DNA of 64,000 nucleotides from an uncultured Gemmatimonadales bacterium (GTDB lineage: Bacteria > Gemmatimonadota > Gemmatimonadetes > Gemmatimonadales > GWC2-71-9). This document shows positions 60,007 to 64,000 of this stretch, one piece after another. Where the stretch lies: contig CAWDYU010000002.1 in NCBI GenBank assembly GCA_963806875.1, forward strand, positions 145,426 to 209,425, written 5' to 3'. The notes beneath the pieces are model-generated. The model saw only the letters and a list, made by a program, of their open reading frames with translations. It made no database searches and was not told where the DNA came from. Position 1 is the stretch's first letter; every line of letters begins with the position of its first letter. Position numbers and translations under genes: made by a program.

Positions 60007-61377
60007 GTGAACATCACCCGGACGATTTTTCGCGAGTACGACGTGCGTGGCCTCGTGGGCAGCCAGCTGAGCCCCGAGTTCGCCGAGCACCTTGGTCGTG
60101 CCATCGGTACGCTCGCGCACAGGCAACTCGGACGCGCCCCCCGGCTTGCGTTGGGTCGGGACAACCGCCCGTCGGGCGAGGCCCTCGCAGCCGCGCTCCG
60201 CCAGGGGCTGGTCGCGACCGGAGCCACGGTGGTCGACGTCGGCATGGTCCCCACGCCTGCGCTCTACTTCGCCATCGAGGCGCTGGGCACCGACGGCGGC
60301 GTACAGGTGACGGGGTCGCACAATCCCCCCGAGTTCAACGGCTTCAAGATGGTTGTGGGCGGTGATTCACTGCATGGCCCGGCCGTGCAGGAACTCTGGG
60401 AGCTGATCACCACCGAGCGGTATGTGTCGGGCGCGGGCGATCACAGCGCCGACGACTCGATCCTGCGCCGCTACCGCGATGCCATCGTCGCGCGCCACGA
60501 ACTGCAGCGCCCGGTCAAGGCAGTCGTCGACTGTGGCAACGGTGTGTCCTCGCTGATCGCGATCGAGACGCTGCGCGCGCTCGGCGCCGAGATCATTCCG
60601 TTGTTCGCCGAATCGGATGGCACGTTTCCGAACCATCACCCCGACCCCACGGTCGTGGAGAACCTCGTCGACCTGCAGGATGCGGTGCGGGCCCACGGTG
60701 CAGAGCTCGGGATCGCGTTCGACGGCGATGGTGATCGCATCGGCGCGGTCGACGAGATGGCAACGCCGGTTTGGGGCGATCAGCTGCTCGTGCTTTTCGG
60801 TCGCGATGCAGTGCAGCGCTTCGGCGCCGGCGTTCCAGTGATCTTTGACGTCAAGTGCTCCTCGGTGCTCTCGAACGCCCTCGATGCTGCCGGCGCGCGC
60901 CCTGTGATGTGGAAGACCGGCCACTCGCTCATCAAGGCGAAGATGAAGGCGGAGTCTGCACCGCTCGCGGGGGAGATGAGCGGCCACATTTTTTTTGGCG
61001 GCGACTGGTTTGGCTTCGACGACGCGCTGTTCGCGGCGGCCCGACTTCTCGAGATCGTCTCGCGTGCGCCCGGTGGGCTCGCCCCGCTGCTCGCCGATCT
61101 CCCCGCGACGTTCACCACGCCGGAGCTGCGGGTCGACTGTGCCGATGACCGGAAGTTTGCGCTGGTCGCGGCGGCGTCGGCGCATTTCGCCGAGCGCTAT
61201 CCGGTGAACACGATCGATGGTGTCCGGATCGAGTATCCGGATGGCTGGGGCCTGTTGAGAGCGTCGAACACCCAGCCGGTGCTCGTGCTCCGCTTCGAGG
61301 CCACGACCGCCGCGGGCCGCGACGCGCATCACGACGAGGTCATGGCCTGGCTGCGCGCACAGGGTGCAACGGGGTGA
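60007..61377 (+). CDS. Phosphomannomutase / phosphoglucomutase (alpha-D-phosphohexomutase family)
   Basis: FREYDVRG, active-site loop TGSHNPPEFNGFK, metal loop FDGDGDRIGAVD, GEMSGHIFF, and sugar/phosphate loops. Confidence 0.9.
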   Translation: MNITRTIFREYDVRGLVGSQLSPEFAEHLGRAIGTLAHRQLGRAPRLALGRDNRPSGEALAAALRQGLVATGATVVDVGMVPTPALYFAIEALGTDGGVQVTGSHNPPEFNGFKMVVGGDSLHGPAVQELWELITTERYVSGAGDHSADDSILRRYRDAIVARHELQRPVKAVVDCGNGVSSLIAIETLRALGAEIIPLFAESDGTFPNHHPDPTVVENLVDLQDAVRAHGAELGIAFDGDGDRIGAVDEMATPVWGDQLLVLFGRDAVQRFGAGVPVIFDVKCSSVLSNALDAAGARPVMWKTGHSLIKAKMKAESAPLAGEMSGHIFFGGDWFGFDDALFAAARLLEIVSRAPGGLAPLLADLPATFTTPELRVDCADDRKFALVAAASAHFAERYPVNTIDGVRIEYPDGWGLLRASNTQPVLVLRFEATTAAGRDAHHDEVMAWLRAQGATG

Positions 61378-61381
61378 CGCG

Positions 61382-63742
61382 GTGAACCCGCGCACCCGAC
61401 GGATCATCGTCGGGGCAATCCTCGTGATAGCAGTGCTGGTGATCGGGCGCTGGACCGTGGCGGCGGTCGCGGAGCGCTGGTGGGCAATGTCGATTTCACC
61501 CACCGCTGCTTCATTCGTCACACGATGGCAGATCCTCGGCCTCGCCCTCGACGCCGCAGCGATCGTCATTGCCAGTGGCTGGTTCGCGGCGCAGGCGCTG
61601 CTGGTGGCCCGCTCGATCGCAGCGGTCGAAGTGGAGCGCGACCTCGGCAACCTGAGGGTGCGCGAGGCGGTGCCGGGGCGATTGCTCGCGCTCGCCGCCG
61701 TCGCGACGGGTGTCCTGCTCGGCGTGCTCACGGGAGCAGGCGCACGCGCGTGGCGAGTGCCATTGGCGCTCGCGTGGGAGGGTGTGACGTACGGGGTCCG
61801 TGATCCCGTGCTGGGTGTCGATGTCGGCACGTACGTCGCGGAGCTCCCGCTGTGGGTCGTCGCGCACCGATTTGCGTTCACGCTGGTCACCCTTGGCCTG
61901 GCGATCACGGCGGTGCTGTATTTCGCCGTGGGGGCGATTCGCCGCGTCGACGGGGCGCTCGACGTCCACGCCGATGCGCGTCGCCACCTCGGTGCACTGC
62001 TCGCCCTCCTCGCGCTCGTGATTGGTGCGGGATACCTCATTGCGCCGTATGGACTGGCTGATGGCGGCAACACGCTGAGCCAGGTCGCGATCGCGACCCG
62101 GGTGACTGCAATGCAGGCGATGGCTGGCGCGTCGCTCGCCGTCGCGGCAATGTGCCTCACGTGGGTCGTGCGAGGGCGTAATTCATTGGTCGCGTCGGGC
62201 TGGATCGTCCTCGGATTTGGCGCACTCATCGAGCGTGTGGTGATCCCCGCACTCGCAACGGAAGCCCCAGCGGCACCGGCACGGCACGATGCGTTGAGGG
62301 CGCTGGACGCTGTCGCCTGGGGACTCGCCGTCGACTCCAGTTCACCCGCGCGCACTGACACCGTTCCGGCAATCGCGGGGGTGTGGGATGAGTCAGCGCT
62401 CGCGCTCGCTGCGGAGCGGCAAGACGGATTGCTGCTCGCCGCGACGCCTCGCACGCCCGACGCTGCGAATCCCGCCACGTGGCTGGCGGCGGTGTCCCGC
62501 GGCGAGGCCGGTGCGCTGCAGGTCCGGTTCATCGCCGAACCGGGCTCGGGCGCATCGGTCCCGTCGAGGCAGTGGCAGGGACTCGGGTCCGCACGAATTC
62601 GGCCCGACGCACCAGCGTGGCGACCAGCGAACGCTGTTCCGTCGGGTGGATTTGCTTCGCGCCTCGTCCTCGCGTGGGCACGTCAGGCCGCGGGCATGCT
62701 CACGCCGCAGCAGGAGGGCGGCGTCGACTGGCACCTCGACCCCGTCGAGCGGGCGGCGGCGCTCGTGCCGATGGCGACGTGGGGATCGGCCGACATCGTC
62801 CCGATCGATGGACGAATCACCTGGATGGTGCCCGGATTCGTCACGATGTCGAAGTTCCCACTGACCCGTCGAACCACATGGGATGGTGAGTCGGTGGCGG
62901 GCGTGGTGCCCGCTTTCCTCGCCCTGATCGACCTGGAGTCCGGAAACACCCGAATCTTCAGTGACCCTGCCGCCGACTCGTTGGGCCTGGCGTGGTCCCG
63001 TTACATCGGACCGTTGGTCGAGCCCGCGGCCGCAATCCCGGCGGCGGCGAGAGCCTCGTTGCTCTACCCGCGCCAATGGTTCGAGGCCCAGCTGTCGGTG
63101 CTGTCACTCGAGCGCTGGGGAGCCGGCGTGAGACCGGGGCGACGGAGTCCCGACGACTCACCCGAGGCGCCAGTCGTGGTATGGGACGGCTCGCGGCCAA
63201 CACGTCAGGCTGTGTTCGAGGACCCTGCGCGTCGCACCATTTCCGCAATCGTCGACGCCCAACGAGTCGGAGGGATGCCACGCCTCCGGCTCACCCGTCC
63301 GGGACCGCAGGCGGCCCCGCCGAACTCGCGCGAACTCGAGCGCATCTGGTCGCGGTTCATCCCCGTTCAGCAGCTACGGGATTCGACCCGGGCGGTTGGC
63401 GACACGGTGCACGCCGGCGCAGTGCGCTGGCACGCCGGACCGGCTGGATTCGTGGCGTGGCAACCGGTGGTCGCAGTGCCCGCCGACGGCGACCCCGGTC
63501 TCCTCTGGATCGGCACGGCCCTTGGTACCCAATTCGGCGGCGGGCGATCGACCGACGAGGCGTGGATCACGGTCCTGACTGGTCCGGGTCGGCGAGGAGA
63601 CAACCCGGCCGACGCCGTTTCGCTCGATGCCGCGCGGAGATGGATGCATCGCGCCGACTCCGCCCTCGCACGACGCGATCTCGTCGGCTTCGGCCGCGCC
63701 CTGGATGCGCTCCGCGACGCGCTCGGCGATCCGCGTCCTTAG
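61382..63742 (+). CDS. Large polytopic membrane protein, UPF0182-like
   Basis: About seven N-terminal transmembrane helices, then a large soluble C-terminal region with LLYPRQWFEAQLSV (resembles the UPF0182 YPxDLFxxQ motif). Family assignment is tentative. Start is GTG 61382 or 61364. Confidence 0.45.
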   Translation: MNPRTRRIIVGAILVIAVLVIGRWTVAAVAERWWAMSISPTAASFVTRWQILGLALDAAAIVIASGWFAAQALLVARSIAAVEVERDLGNLRVREAVPGRLLALAAVATGVLLGVLTGAGARAWRVPLALAWEGVTYGVRDPVLGVDVGTYVAELPLWVVAHRFAFTLVTLGLAITAVLYFAVGAIRRVDGALDVHADARRHLGALLALLALVIGAGYLIAPYGLADGGNTLSQVAIATRVTAMQAMAGASLAVAAMCLTWVVRGRNSLVASGWIVLGFGALIERVVIPALATEAPAAPARHDALRALDAVAWGLAVDSSSPARTDTVPAIAGVWDESALALAAERQDGLLLAATPRTPDAANPATWLAAVSRGEAGALQVRFIAEPGSGASVPSRQWQGLGSARIRPDAPAWRPANAVPSGGFASRLVLAWARQAAGMLTPQQEGGVDWHLDPVERAAALVPMATWGSADIVPIDGRITWMVPGFVTMSKFPLTRRTTWDGESVAGVVPAFLALIDLESGNTRIFSDPAADSLGLAWSRYIGPLVEPAAAIPAAARASLLYPRQWFEAQLSVLSLERWGAGVRPGRRSPDDSPEAPVVVWDGSRPTRQAVFEDPARRTISAIVDAQRVGGMPRLRLTRPGPQAAPPNSRELERIWSRFIPVQQLRDSTRAVGDTVHAGAVRWHAGPAGFVAWQPVVAVPADGDPGLLWIGTALGTQFGGGRSTDEAWITVLTGPGRRGDNPADAVSLDAARRWMHRADSALARRDLVGFGRALDALRDALGDPRP

Positions 63743-63757
63743 TGGCGTCAGGCCACT
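63741..63757 (+). terminator. Weak terminator-like hairpin after the UPF0182-like gene
   Basis: agtggc-gtcag-gccact forms a 6-bp stem overlapping the TAG stop. A T-run (ctacttttc) lies only 8 nt downstream. Confidence 0.25.
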
Positions 63758-63858
63758 CGCTGCGCTACTTTTCAGGGCTGTACCGTGTTCCTGCCGGACC
63801 GTCGCACGCCTGTCGGCATGCCCGGTCCGGGCCCGTTCCTGCAACTCGCCGAGGCGTG

Positions 63859-64000
63859 CGTGAACCTGCATGAATACCAGGCCCGTGACCTGCTCAAGGT
63901 CGCCGGCATTCCGATGTTCGACGGCGATGTCGCCTCCACGCCGACCGAGGCCGAGGCGATTGCCCGGCGTATTGGCGGGACGGTTGTCGTCAAGGCGCAG
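63859..64000 (+). CDS. sucC: Succinyl-CoA synthetase beta subunit, 5' end (runs off the window)
   Basis: [48 protein letters not shown] is a canonical SucC N-terminus. GTG start at 63859. Confidence 0.88.

Overview
The window is high-GC (roughly 68-70% by eye), densely packed bacterial chromosome that is almost entirely core housekeeping. Gene content and the secreted-protein repertoire look Gemmatimonadota-like, but that is a low-confidence inference. Order on the + strand: rng, rplU-rpmA, an ECF sigma / zinc anti-sigma / Spy-CpxP-like module, tRNA-Leu(CAA), pepA, a plug-domain outer-membrane protein, yicC-gmk-rpoZ-coaBC, family-4 UDG, dnaB, radA, ispD, tsaC, an LMW phosphatase, aroE, comF, gap-pgk-tpiA-secG, carA, an HU/IHF-like gene coupled to moaD-moaE-moaA, an M28 peptidase, a degenerate TrmL-like gene, and mdh-sdhCAB. 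These are followed by three secreted proteins, a small accessory-like patch at 36.9-42.3 kb, another M28 peptidase, an orphan pilT, dcd on the minus strand, a complete 14-gene nuoA-N operon, a phosphomannomutase, a UPF0182-like membrane protein and the start of sucC. I found no transposase, integrase, CRISPR array, toxin-antitoxin pair or recognisable defence system, and no convincing novel multi-gene system. The things worth a second look are mostly at the DNA level. (1) About 11 single-base frame disruptions hit conserved, mostly essential genes, which is most simply sequence error. (2) An AT-rich promoter-like box, TTG-N20-TAnnTTTG, recurs upstream of many operons and resembles the Bacteroidetes -33/-7 consensus. 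(3) A perfect 14-bp CRP/FNR-like palindrome lies between the nuo promoter box and the nuoA ribosome-binding site, with a related site in the only AT-rich island. (4) A nested inverted repeat built from triple heptads sits between pilT and dcd. (5) A ~30-nt motif is shared upstream of the HU-like and TfoX-like genes. All functional calls rest on motif-level recognition of the translated ORFs; no database search was possible.
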